A stretch of 64,000 bases of DNA, taken from NCBI GenBank assembly GCA_030704615.1, contig CM060734.1:2542001-2606000 (forward strand), given 5' to 3'. Under the pieces are notes generated by a model. That model was not told the origin of the DNA. It searched no databases and saw nothing but the letters and a program-made list of their open reading frames with translations. Origin of the DNA: Takakia lepidozioides. Its lineage: Eukaryota > Plantae > Bryophyta. The translations under genes and the position numbers were made by a program. This document shows, piece by piece, positions 13,502 through 26,300 of this stretch. Positions within the stretch are counted from its first letter, which is position 1. Each line of letters starts with the position of its first letter.

Positions 13502-16500
13502 AGATGTGGTCTGCAACCATGTACTGTCCCCTCTCAGAGCCTGCACAGCCTGCCTACGAGTCCATTTCCATTGCTCAATGGCACCAAGCCAACTCAGCCA
13601 AGGACCGAGAACAGCTCCACTATGCTGGCCACAAAGCAGCAAGCGAATTTGACTAAGCTGCAGTGCTCCCCCACCAACCAGGCTGTTGCGAACATTCGAT
13701 ATCCGTGGGATACCATGCACAACGACCTGGTTTACAACTCCTCTCGGATCACTATGAGAGCTGGTCAAAATGCTATTTTTGCTGCCTTGCACACCATAGG
13801 TAAGAGTGAACAGACTACAAGCCCAATGTTTGACCTTCTGTCCCACCAAATTGTTATTTCATGGAACGATCTGATCACGAGGTATGCTCAACATATCTGG
13901 AATCTTATCTGGATCTGCAATGGTTGTGGGAATGCCGCCAAGTCTACCTTAAAGATCGATGGGTATGTGGTCAATCATCAGGATACTGCCCAGTACAACC
14001 ACTTCGATGTTGATGCGCAGCTAAAGCGTGCAATGCTAACATCCAACAAAGTTATGCTCACTGCTGCCCCAGGTTATGTGTATCCTAGACCTAACTTGCA
14101 TGCTGCAAGTTTTGTCAAAGCACAGAACAAGGGAGAACTTGACTTGCAGATCTTTCATGGAGAATCCAGGGAAAGGGAAACTCGGTTGACATAATACTTT
14201 CCAGAACAGGAGGAATTGCAACATGAGAATAGTCCGTGTCATAGTGAGATCCCTCCACTGGAGAGTTCCCTTAACAGTGGTTTGAGGCTGACTCATGATT
14301 TGATGGCTGTCAATGAGCGGTATGTGAAGGCTGCTGAATCAAGAGGTGAGGTTATTGAAGCCATGCAACCAGACCTGGAACATTTACAAAAGCGAGTGGT
14401 CGAGTTCATGTGCACTAACGAATTGCAGAAGCAGATGACAGTAATTCCCTCTCCATGGGGTGGAGTAAAGGAGCTACAACCAATGAGTCCACAGCAGAGA
14501 GCTATGCTATATGGGTCACAAACAAACACTGTGACAGTGCTTCTCCCACCTCCAGGTCAGCACACTCAGAGGCAGCAGCAACTGGCTCAGGGTAGCCATG
14601 ACCCCAAGGTACTCCAGCCTTCTGACCGCGATCAAATCAGCAAGATAGGCAAACTACAAGTCGATGACCTACTGCTCAGGTGTTGGTTGGGGTCCCTGAC
14701 TTCTAACTCTGATCGATTGGTGCACTTACAGATTTGCTGTATGTAAGACCACTTCATACAAGACATGGTACCGCTCATGCAACACTTCAACAAGACAACC
14801 CACCTGTAAATCAGACCACTCGGAAAGAATGTGGGGATGCGGACATTGGGCTTCAAACTATTTGGAGGAAACTTAGGGCCACTGAGATATCAGGTGTGTC
14901 AAAGCAAGGGTCCTCGTCAAGCTGCCACGTGCCAAGGATCACCACAATAGAGTCTCTCTCAAACACTGACGAAACCGAGCTTTCTACAGCTATGGGACAC
15001 TGGTTGGCCCTATCTGGTGGGAGCACTAAGGTTGCAAAGCTGGATTTCAAGCTCCTTGGCAAGGCTGCCAGCTCCTGAGTCTGCGCGCTGGCCATATCGG
15101 ACAACAAATAACAGCAAGCAAACAACCCATCATACATCAATCCAACAAGACAAACCCCCAAGGGAAGTGACTTTCACTCCCCAGTGTGTTGCCTACTCTG
15201 TTTTCCAGTACCCCAACTATCAATTTTGGTTATATGACTCTGCTAGTGACCTCGTTAACTTCTACTATCAGCATTTCTATGACTCACGGGGTTATGCTTT
15301 TGCTATCACTATCATGCTTGTCAACGATATTGTGTTCACTCTTACTTTCCACATCTTCGTCACTCAAGGACACATACAATACAAATATACTTATGTACTG
15401 CAGGAATTTATACTTCCTTTGTCACTGGACTTACGCTGCAGATATTCAAACATCCTAAACATCCTCTACTAAAAATCTCCATTATTCGCACTCACTCCTC
15501 TGTAATGATTGCAAGTATGCAGGTACTCAATTTGAAGGCGAATGTCTCCCCTACAGCAAAGGCTTCCTCCCAAGTGACGACCATTTACAAGTTTCATGTT
15601 CTCTTTCAAAAGCTACTCAAGTGGATATACTGGCTCTCTCAATACTGGCCCTCCCGCATCGTGGTCAGCGCAGTTACTCATCACTCTGCCTTTATAGGCT
15701 CTACTCCAGATCTCCTTACTAGTTTACCACGGCTACCTCATACCGTATGGCGTGTAATTGATTTTCGTCCACACTTACAGCTTGTAATATCAGACATGCA
15801 TGCCCCGGCTCACTATGATGCTCCACCTAATCATACCGGTTTATGTTTTCCGAGGCATAATTCCACTTTGCCCACATGTGTACATTGTGCTATGAAGCTT
15901 CGGCTATATGCCACCTCCGAGGAAGATACTCTCTAGCTAACATACAATTTTATTTATATTGCTTTGAAATTGTATCATTCCATGTATCAGTTACAAGTAT
16001 GAGCTACCTGCAAAGTGATTCATGTACTAACTTTCAAAACTCTCTTACAGGCTATCTTTCAAGAGATTACTACCCACCACTTCCAAGTTCTCTTTCACAA
16101 ACTATTCGGAACTACTGGTTCTCTGAGGGGGGTTTATTACCACACCTCTACTACTCAGCTCAGATATTTTCACACAATGATCTACTCACTCTTGCTACAC
16201 AGATTGACTTTCTCAAAATCCCACCGCAAACAATTCCACACCTTGGATGCCCAACTCATGACAAACCTTCACACAACAATTTGCCCTCTCTCTACTATAC
16301 ATATAACACACATGTCACAAAATTACCTCAAACGGTCATCTCAATAACTATTTTACCCTTGCCATCCCACCATCCAAGTCCCTATCCGTGGTCATTCATC
16401 CGTGGCTGTCACCCAATTTACATATACCTCCCATTTTAATCACCCATTCCACTACCATCTTTCACCCCGCATCCCAAAATTGGCAAAACCACCTACTCCC

Positions 16501-16823
16501 TACGCTAAATTATCTCCCCCCTTACTCACTCAATATTTACCAGCTCTACCACTATCCATACTACTCACAAAGATCCCCACTCTAGAACCCAAGTGCACAA
16601 CACTAGCCTTACAACACTTCTCCACCTCGTACACAACAAAACCAATCATCTCTGCACAAATCGGCGCGCACATTCCTCGTGTCGGAAGCGTTACTCAGTA
16701 AAGACCCTCCGCATCCTCACCCATTGCCCGCACGGTCGATACCACAACAAGCCCCCCAAATCTAAACACTATTACCATCACCCCCCATCCCAAAATAATG
16801 CACATACAGACGTATGCCCGACA

Positions 16824-16868
16824 CTAATTTTACTAAGATGTGGCGACATACATCCAAACCCAGGACCT
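16824..16868 (+). other. 2A-like (StopGo) peptide motif, copy 1
   Basis: LILLRCGDIHPNPGP. Confidence 0.7.
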
Positions 16869-17574
16869 ACCACTCTTAACGATATCATCAACCAACTCCC
16901 AACAGATCCACAAGAACGGTATGCTCTATACTTTCAACAAGATACCATGTTGCTTGTACGCAACTACCACCATATCTACGATCACTTCACACCTTTTTTT
17001 CTTAAAACCCCACCTATAACCATGGACCCACACAACTTATCTCCACCTTCAGCCTCCCCAGTTGTCGATATCCCGCACTATCCAAAACATTTCATAACAT
17101 TCCCGATACTACAACTTCTCGTTGTCCTCGTCATTATCATCTCATCCATGTACATGCTAGGTGCCGTCCATCCAGGATACTCACCCACCTACCCCAAAGC
17201 CAACCCATTATACACTATAACCCCCACCTGCCCACAACCGGAACCACTATTTGTTACCCTATCCATCCCCCTCCCCCAACTTACACCTCCCCCAAGGAAT
17301 ACCCATAAATTCCCTCATCACGCTATTCCCATTATGTCTCCCCTATTCATTCAATTTCCACAAGCCACTCGACCCCTTCTCTTGCCCATCAATTCTTAGC
17401 CCATAAAACCCCGCCACCCCCCACATGCCCATATGACCTTAAGACACTTTCTATTATATATCATCAAACCCATCTCATCACCCACATCCCGCATGGCCGA
17501 TACCAACTACACTTAGGGAAGTCTAAACACTATTACCACCATCCCCCAGCACCAGATAATTCATACATAACTAC

Positions 17575-17619
17575 CTGATACTATTACGTTGTGGCGATAT
17601 ACATCGAAACCCTGGACCT
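17575..17619 (+). other. 2A-like peptide motif, copy 2 (duplication at 751-bp offset)
   Basis: LILLRCGDIHRNPGP followed by sequence homologous to that after copy 1. Confidence 0.65.
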
Positions 17620-18043
17620 ATCACCATTGGTGATATTATCATAACACTCCCCACGGACTCACAAGAAATATATGATTTATACTTCCAGTCAGACACCATG
17701 TCGCTCACGCATAGCTACCGTCATATCTTAGACCACTTCACACCATTTTTCCCACGTGACCAACCCACCGATGCAACACATCACAACATTTGGCCTCCCC
17801 CCTAGCTGTTACCCAGCACTTTCTAAAGCCCTTCAAAAACTCAAAACTTTTCCCACACCACATCTTCTCTTCTCCCATGTCATCATCATCTCCCCTCTCC
17901 CAGAAACATGCAACGGTGTAGAATAAAAACTATAATTAATTCCAGAAGCAGAATTAATCAGTTCAGATTTACGTTCATGGGGAAAGCACTATACGATTAC
18001 AAAACAATGATACTAATCTATTCTATTGCGAGGTTTACTATTT

Positions 18044-18285
18044 CATGAGCAGAAACCATGAGCCATGAGCCATGAGCCGCATGAGCGGTGAGCCAAAGTC
18101 TAAGACACGCGGTTTTCATGAGCGGACTCCTCTAAATTTGAAAATGCGGCAGATTAAAATAAAATAAAATAATAGTTTTTTTAATTTGACCTTGCCGTTT
18201 TTGGAAGTTCCAGATCCTGTAATGCGGCGAAGATATGTCGTCAGTAACAATTCCGCTCATGGTTTTTTAGATCCGCTCATGGTAA
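18044..18285. repeat. Cluster of CATGAGC motifs in both orientations, probable MULE terminal/subterminal region
   Basis: catgagc repeated at 18044-18125 and gctcatg at 18255-18281. One base from the CGTGAGC motif of the TIRs at 38791/50101. Lies downstream of the minus-strand SWIM fragment. Confidence 0.55.
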
Positions 18286-18915
18286 TGAGTGATCGTGCAA
18301 CGAGAAATCCAATATACCACAGCAAAAGGAAGTCGCATACTGGCCTGTATAGAGTATTCCGCGGTTTTACATGCCTTAACATTGGAATGAAGCTGACCCT
18401 TCTGCCGCGATTGAACCAATAGAGTCTGCAGTACTTCACAATTCTGTCATCTTCGGGTATTCGGCGGGAAAGGTTTGCGACTCAACTGGGAAATGCGGTG
18501 CCGCATTAGGGTTCGCACGTGCGAAATTTCTGGGGGGGTCGGTGTTGGCGACGGTCGGTTCCCTGAAGACTGGGTGCGATTATCTTGCTATGATGAAGGC
18601 CGCAACTACCAGTACCTACGACGTTACTTGGAAATGCGGCGCCGCATTTCCTTGCCGGGAGTCGAATGAGGAAAACAAAGTTTGGGAGAGCAGAAAAACA
18701 AAAACCCTCCAACAAACAAAAATACAAGCACGTGGAAACAGAAGTGAATGACATAGTATTATCTTAGTTCGAGCAAAACATGTTACAGGTAAGCAAGACA
18801 TAGGTCAAACATTTATGTGGCCAAAGTCAGAGGTACTTGCTGTAGTACAATTCTACTATAACTGAAATTCCGAAAAGGATAGGTGTAACATTGTGTTGTG
18901 GCCCGCAAGCCAAGC

Positions 18916-19416
18916 TCACTGGTCCCCTGGATCCATATTCAAAAGAATGTACACCTCTTGGGGGCTCAACCCTGGTGCATGTATGAAGTGATGACTTGGG
19001 GAATTACACCGGAGTCTCTTTAGGTACACGTAGTACAGATGCTTGCAAGGGCAGTATGATGCCCCCTTGTTCGCCATGATCTGGAAGTCGGTGCAATTGC
19101 AGATGGGTAATTCTGAAATGGTGATGGTGTACACCTCATTGCGAACAGCTGAGCTTGCCGTGGCCATCTGATACACACGCCCGAAGCCTTGTGGGGGCAC
19201 TTCTGTTGAGCTCTGGATTGTACAGTTCATCCGAAGTGCATTCCCCATCCTTGTCTCGTTCACTTTTGAGGGAGGTCGCCGCCTCTTCGGTTTCCCCCAA
19301 CAATGTGTAGGATGCTTAGAGTTGTCGCGTCCCATTGTTCTTGCTCTCACAGGGGTCGGTGGTGGAGGCTGTGGAAACGGAGATGGTTGTCTGGGGATGT
19401 CAGTGCGTTGCACCAT
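18916..19416 (-). pseudogene. 3' fragment of the MULE transposase (SWIM zinc finger)
   Basis: YTITISELPICNCTDF...CPCKHLYYVY..FIHAPGLS, a CxC..CxH SWIM signature. Confidence 0.88.
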
Positions 19417-22400
19417 CCGAAATCCTGCGGTAGTAAGGGCGTCGGCCTCAACCTGACTCAGATCACATCATGGGGGAGCCAGGGGAGCCTCTGGCATTTG
19501 GAGAATTGGCTGCGGGTTGCTATTATGGTGACCGGTGTTTGATTAAGTGAGGGCTGCAGTTGCATGGCGGCAGGTGTAGAGAGTTATAGTCTGGTTTAAT
19601 CCAGATGTTGGGGAGGGATGGTACGCAAACAGAGGTGAGCGTATCTTGAAACGACAATTGCATGAGAGTGGGGGGCATAGCAGTGCTAGGGTGGAGTAGT
19701 AAAGTTGGCCAGGCAGAGTCTTCGGAGGCGGTTATTAAACCAGCGTGGAATGATGTTTGGGATTGATAATGGGGGGGCGATCATGACTGAATGTGGCAGG
19801 CCTAGGTTGTGGCATGAGTCCGGTGACTTGGAATGCATATAAGCTGCATAGGTGGGCAGCAGACGGATAGCATCGCCATAGGGACTGCGGGTAAGACAAG
19901 TCTACTAAGCATTTAACATATTATGTTATGGATGCTTTGGACAGCGATGTGTCAAGAAAAAAGGTGGGGGGGAGTGACTGAGCAGCAGCAGCTTCTCAGT
20001 CACACACACACCCCCCCCCCCACACCTTTTTTCTTTTTGTTTCCCTCATCTCTCCCTCTCTCTCCCTCCGTCCCTCTGTCCCTGTCTCTCCCTCTCTCAC
20101 ACATCTGCGAGCTGCGCTCCGCCTCCCCCGTGCTCTCCCCGCTAACTTGTCCACTAACTCTTTGTTTTTTTAGGTTTCCGCTATCTTAGTACCATTCCTT
20201 TTGTTATTCCGCCCTCCCCTCCTAGCGGTCCCGCTACTTTATCCATGGTTACTCTTCTAGTCAGGGCTGCCGCCATGGCTTCTCCCTCGTCTCTCCTTGC
20301 CATTGTGGGAGCCTCTCTTCACTTCTTGCCTAGCTATTTACCTTACCGTCGCTCTGGCCTTATTGTGTCTCTTTTTAGCTTTATTTTGATATTATCAGGG
20401 CGATCTTTATTGGCTGCATCATCCTCCACGGAGCTTGAGATCGACACCAGCATCAAAGTGTGCTCTACGACGCTGCGTATGCCGCCGAAACATGTCCATG
20501 CAACCTCTGCCTGCACAGAACTCCCAAGGCGCCACTCCCAGAGAACCCAACACTCACCGGCTCTCTGCCAGAGGTCTAATTGTTATGGTGAAGAAACCAA
20601 CGAGACATACACGGCGACCATGCATCACACCTGGTATGTCCTTCTTCCACCACATGGTGTTCTTCCCACCAAAAGTCTAAGGCTCAACATTGCGACGCCT
20701 TACCTCAGCTACTTCAGGCGGATCACTCAATTCTTTTACAACCATTTTATCTCGTTACTCCCCCTGAAGCGGCGCTATGGCTCTCTGCTGTCATTCCCGA
20801 GGCCTGGGCTTGCACACACCTTGCGCCAAGACGTGTTCTTTTTAGTCTCTCACCCAAACCCCTACCCGATCTGGTTATCGGAGGTTTGTAACAGTTTATT
20901 TTGGAGCACACTTGCGGTCTGCCATGAACAAGAGCAAGTGCACCCCTTATGCCACTCAGTACTACCCATTTGCTTCCTACTCTGGGCAATCAAGGCCCAG
21001 GCCCGAACTGCCTGGCCGTCGCACTCTTGAGGACGATAAGATTGCCACCAATGGCGTAACAGCGTTGCTCAAGCCATCGCCGTGCACCAGTCTGGGTATG
21101 TTACGTGCATTGCGAGCTCCCTGGGCCACATCTCAACTATGGAGAGGCCCTACCCTCCTTACTGCCCGTGGGTTAACTGGCTTCATTCGGACCCAGGGCT
21201 GTCTGTTGTCTACCGTGTTATGACCCAGGAAGGTGCTGACCTACTAAGGAGGAGTCTTGATCACACCTTGAGCACCATTATGCGGTGCCTTCTCATGGTG
21301 GATTGGCAGCCACTACATCTCACTGCAAAGTTCATCACGATATACCCTGCAGCATGGACTACCCCTGGAACATGGACTGGCTGCATCTCCTGGGCCCTGC
21401 CCCCTCATATTACAGCTCCCCATGGCATTGCATGGAGACCACCCAACCCCCAGCTACGCTACTCGCCCCTCAACAAGGGAATCACTGGCTGCCCCAACAT
21501 CATCCGGCTAACAGGAAGCCCCCTCACTCCCTCTCATTTTTGTGGATGTCTTCATTTCCCCTGCTAAGACAATGGCATTTGAATTCAGTAGTAACGAACT
21601 CTTCGCTTGTTCTGCAAGGATTCTTCCCTGGGCCTCTTACTAATCGCTTGTGGCATTTCAACCCCGTGCAGACTCACTTTCACTCCTTGCGTGGTCTTTC
21701 TGGAGATAAGGGCAGGCTCATCAAACGTAACCAGGCTGTTCTTATCCCTCCCCCTCCCCCCCCCGCAATTTTCTACATGCTTGTCTAGATCCATGCCGGA
21801 TGGGTCTTATGCCCTTCTCTACAGCTCACTTACGGATCATGGTTCACACTTCAATTGCTTATCTTCTCCTAGCTGATACACTCGATCACCCTAGATCATT
21901 CTCTCCTTCACCTGATGATAAGTTGTGTAAGTCCCCAAGACTGCTGTGCCCTCTAGCTTTTTCCTCTCCTCAGTTCAAAGATAGACAGTTTCTAAGTCAT
22001 CTGCTGCTCTTCCCCATCAGCTATGTCGCTTACGAGTGTCGGTACTTATTCTCCAGATTCTGTACACCACACAGAGTTTGCAATGTCCACCCACGCTCCC
22101 TCTCATACCCTCCCCTACTGTTATGTCATCTGTCACCCCCTACTACTTTCCCAGATACTCGATACCATTGGCTCCATGGGCGAAATTTGCATCATGACGC
22201 TTGGCTCTCTCCCCAGCTATACCCTCACTGTGCATACTGCAATCTAATTACACAAAGCGCCAACCGCACACACTGTGGCGGCTTCTCTGTTATGTACCGT
22301 TCTGCAAAGGCTCCTATATAGCCCACTCACTAACCAGAAATGGCGTATCAACCCCTTACGGGCGCAATTCCACTTTATATGTGATCCCTCATAGATAAAG

Positions 22401-23359
22401 GCATGCTTACCAGTCGTAACCGCGTTACTCTCATATATCTCCCCATGAGAATCTTCATCTGCCTGCATAATGCGGTACCCAATGGGTCTCGTGCCCATGA
22501 CTATATCGCCTATCCGCGGATCAAAGATCATACTACAATCACTCATCCTTACCACGATGAGCACCCTGACTACTCCAATTCACGTCTCTCTCCAATGGAC
22601 TCCATGACGCATAAATACCCCGCATTGCAGTGCCCACTAGCTTTCATCCCCCATCAGTTTACTATTACACCTTCCCTAGATCAGATGTCCACATCCCTTC
22701 CCAGCTACACCAACCATATGCATCGATACTCACTCTTCAGACTATGCTCCCCATGCATAACCCTCTGGGCTAACCCACATTTCCCTCCATGTTATATCCC
22801 CCAGAGGCACCTTTCGCCATGTATTACTGCTCTCCTAATTGAGGCCTGGACTCCATGGCCCCGCATGCCAATCCTTTATTTCTACGAACGGTTCTCTCCC
22901 CACGGAACGGAATCTCTGATGCCTAAATATTCAAGATTGCAGTACCCTCTAGCTTTTGTCTCCAATCTGTGTACTGCTACGCACCCCTTACGACACGTGC
23001 CAATATCCCCCCCCCAGCTACACCAACTATACATATCATTACTCATCCATTAGACTCTGCCCCCCATACGTAGCCCTCTGTACTAATCCTCGTTCGTTAC
23101 ACGTCAGGCCCAACTCCACTTCTGTTCTCTGTACAAATGCAGCATGGTATGCGCAAGGAGAACAAAGATCTCTTAAATAGTAAACTGATACAAGAATTGG
23201 CAGGCACGCAAGAAGGGCCTCTAGCCTTTTAGTTTCACACAGAAAAAGGTTGTGGGGGAAATCACTGAGGTGTGCCACAGTTGGTCTGGCAACTTCTTAA
23301 CAGTAGGCCTTCCTCCCATCCCATCCCCCAAAATGTCGAAAAATTAGAAAACTTTGACC

Positions 23360-26300
23360 TCACTGACCAGTGACCTTTGACTTCGCATCTTCAATCAACT
23401 TCAGGAGCTCCTCCCTGTGGGAACCCAGCATTCTAGGCTGTAAGGATCAATGAACTTTCAAAAACGAACTTATGCCTAGCTGGAACATCACTGAGACAAT
23501 AACTGAATACACAAATGTTTGATCCTCACGGCATCACAGTGATGATCGTGCTGATATGCTTAGGTGCTTCTTACTGCTACAGCATTCAAAATGTTCCGCA
23601 AAAAATACCCAAAGATGATTTACATGAAGACAAACTGACCTGTCTGGCTTGAAGAGCAAGTAGCGGTACACAAACCACTGTCAAACACACCGCACAACCC
23701 CTCAGCAAACTCAGAACAAACTCACAACCATCTGAGACAGGACAACAGTGCAGTACATCACACCACAACAAGTCATGCCAGCTTCAGCAATTGAACCTTG
23801 AACAGGACTAATGAGGTTCAGTGCTTACCCCAGAGAAAAGGATTCCAACAAATTCAAAGAAATCAGGAATAAAGGGAAGTTTGTCAATGGCCTGCAGTAT
23901 GCGTGCCAAACACCATCCAACAACACCCTGTCAATACTGCATGGCCACCTTGCGAGTTAGGCTCTCTTTATCTGTCTGTCTGTCTGTTTCTCTCTCTCTC
24001 TTACCATACCATATTGACATTGGGTGGACTTGAAACGGGAGTACATTAATGTCTCTGTGACTAAATGCCGGCCTTGTGACCTCGTGTCCTTGTTTGTTTC
24101 GACCTGAAGCGCTTTGCTTCAGGTAAGGTAGTGCATTGGATTTAGTTGGAAAGCTTGGGGCCTTTCCCTCTTTAGAATATGCCTACACAGGCCATTCCCT
24201 GCAACTCCCTGGAGTGTGATCTCTGAATGGTAACAAGCGGACTCCTACCGCTTGGGGGCAGCCCCTCCGCCCAAATTGGGCAGTCGTATGCTCTGTCTAG
24301 CATACTCGGCACTTGGGCTCGGGTTGGTTCCTGTGCTTAAACTTATGGCCTGCGAAAACAATCAAAAATTTAGCTCCTATCAACATCAACACTCCTCAGG
24401 GTGATCCCTGGGAATTGGTTACTTATGCCAAATCTAGGGCTTCATGTGTAGTTTTTGGGGTGAATCCCAGGATGGACGATGTGTCCTTTAAAACTACATG
24501 CTCTAGCTTAGGCTTGGATTTCATGGCTAATGGTACCATCTCGAGACTTGATAACAGGGGTACGTTGAAGGTTGCAATGACCAAAAGTGCTTCTAATAGA
24601 GTCCCGCATCAATTCAATCTCAAAGAAGTTCGTCCCTTGACTGGCTGGAGAGCGGTCTTAGACATTGGTGATTCAATGGGGCGCTCTAGGAAGACAACCA
24701 AGGGCAACAACTTCAACTTGAGAGTTTCTAATCGGTTTGACGCTCTGGATGAGGTTGAATCCAAACAGCCAGAAGGACAAGATGCCCCTAAGTGTACGGA
24801 ACCTGAACGTCCTGAATCTGAAGGATTTGGTACTCTGAATGGTTTACCAATCCTCAAGGTTTACACAAGACGAACAAATTCTATACACGGGGTAATTGTC
24901 CCCAAGCCGTCAGATGGACAATCTGTCTCTAAGTGTGCAGAGCCTGAAGGATTTGGTACTCTAAATGGTTTACCAATCCTCAAAGTCTACACAAGACGAG
25001 CAAAATCTATACACGGGGTAATTGTCCCCAAGCAGTCTGACGGACAATCTGCCCCTATGTGTGCGGAGCCTGTGCGTCGTGTAACTGAAAGATTTGGTAC
25101 CCTGAATGGTTTACCAATTCTCAAAGTTTACACAAGACGAGCAAAATCTACACATGGGGTAACTGTCCCCCCTTTGCAGAACGGTTGGCCGTCCAGGAGC
25201 AATCACAAGCTACCTAGACGACAAACAATTCACACGCAAAGGGCTGGCTTGCGGCTGGCCACTTTCAACTTCTCAGGGTTGACCAACCAAAGGAAACAAC
25301 TTGAAGTGGGACAAGTTCTTCAGACTAATGATATTCATATCTGTGCTGGGCAAGAAACATGGGAAACGTCGGATAAACTGGTTGGAGATGTCATTGGTTA
25401 TAAATGGGCAGGTAAGATGTGTACTCTCAAGGCAGCCTCTGCCAAACGCGGTCAAAAAGGGGTCGGATTCTTTGTCCGTGATTTCTTGTTTGACAATTGT
25501 GAAATTATCAACAAGGGTTTGAGGTACGAGCATAGTATCTGGCTAAAACTGAATTTGAAGGGCGGCATGAGTACAAAGGACCTCTTTGTTGGTTGTGTTT
25601 ACATGCCCACAGAGGGGACCCTTAGTGCTGATGCAGACAAGGCCTTCGAAGATGTAAAGCTGGACTGTGCTTCGTTCCTTGCCAAAGGTCAGGTGGTACT
25701 ATTGGGGGACTTCAATGCCCGGGTGGGCAAAGGGATCCATCAGGACGATATCATTGGACCTTTTGGTGAGGACGAGCTGAATTCTAATGGCAGACGGTTA
25801 ATTAACTGTCTAGAAGAGCTTCAGCTTTTGACCTTGAATAACAGGACAAGAGGTGACCAAGCGCAGTGGACTTGTGAGAAACCCCAAACTGGGGAACGTT
25901 CCATTGTGGACTACATCATAATGGACAAAATTTTGTTCCCCCAGTGTGCCAATGTGTTGATCGACAGAACTGATATTGGTACCTCTGACCACTTCCTGGT
26001 TTGGACTGAGATCAAAAGGTGTTTGCCCACCACCAAGAGATCTGTGAAACGTTCGATTCGGAAGTGGCGCATAGAAAAATTCCACAATGAGGAGGTCAAG
26101 GCTGAGTACGTCCAGGCCTTGCAAGAGGCTCTCCCTCATTTTGTCCAATCGCTCCAAGAACTTCAGTCATGCTCTGTTAACGCAAGAAATGAAGTCGAAA
26201 GAGCAGTGGACTCTTGGGAGAGTTTCGTTTCCTCCGTGGCTGACAAGATCATTGGGAGGAAACTAATTGTCTGCGGTAGAGCAGTTAATTGGTGGACTAA

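Larger units (their letters stand above)
11406..17910 (+). mobile_element. Decayed unclassified element, possibly the 5' part of a non-LTR retrotransposon
   Basis: Chain of broken plus-strand ORFs, Cys cluster CAVC..LLCKTC..YQIC, internal duplication 12519-12630 vs 14092-14190, C/A-rich 3' half with two 2A-like motifs. No RT or endonuclease seen. Confidence 0.35.

Noticed and set aside
20245-23180. Chain of plus-strand ORFs as a host gene
   Set aside because: No recognisable domain, C-rich composition and a diverged internal duplication (about 22560-22800 vs 22880-23110); probably a decayed repeat.
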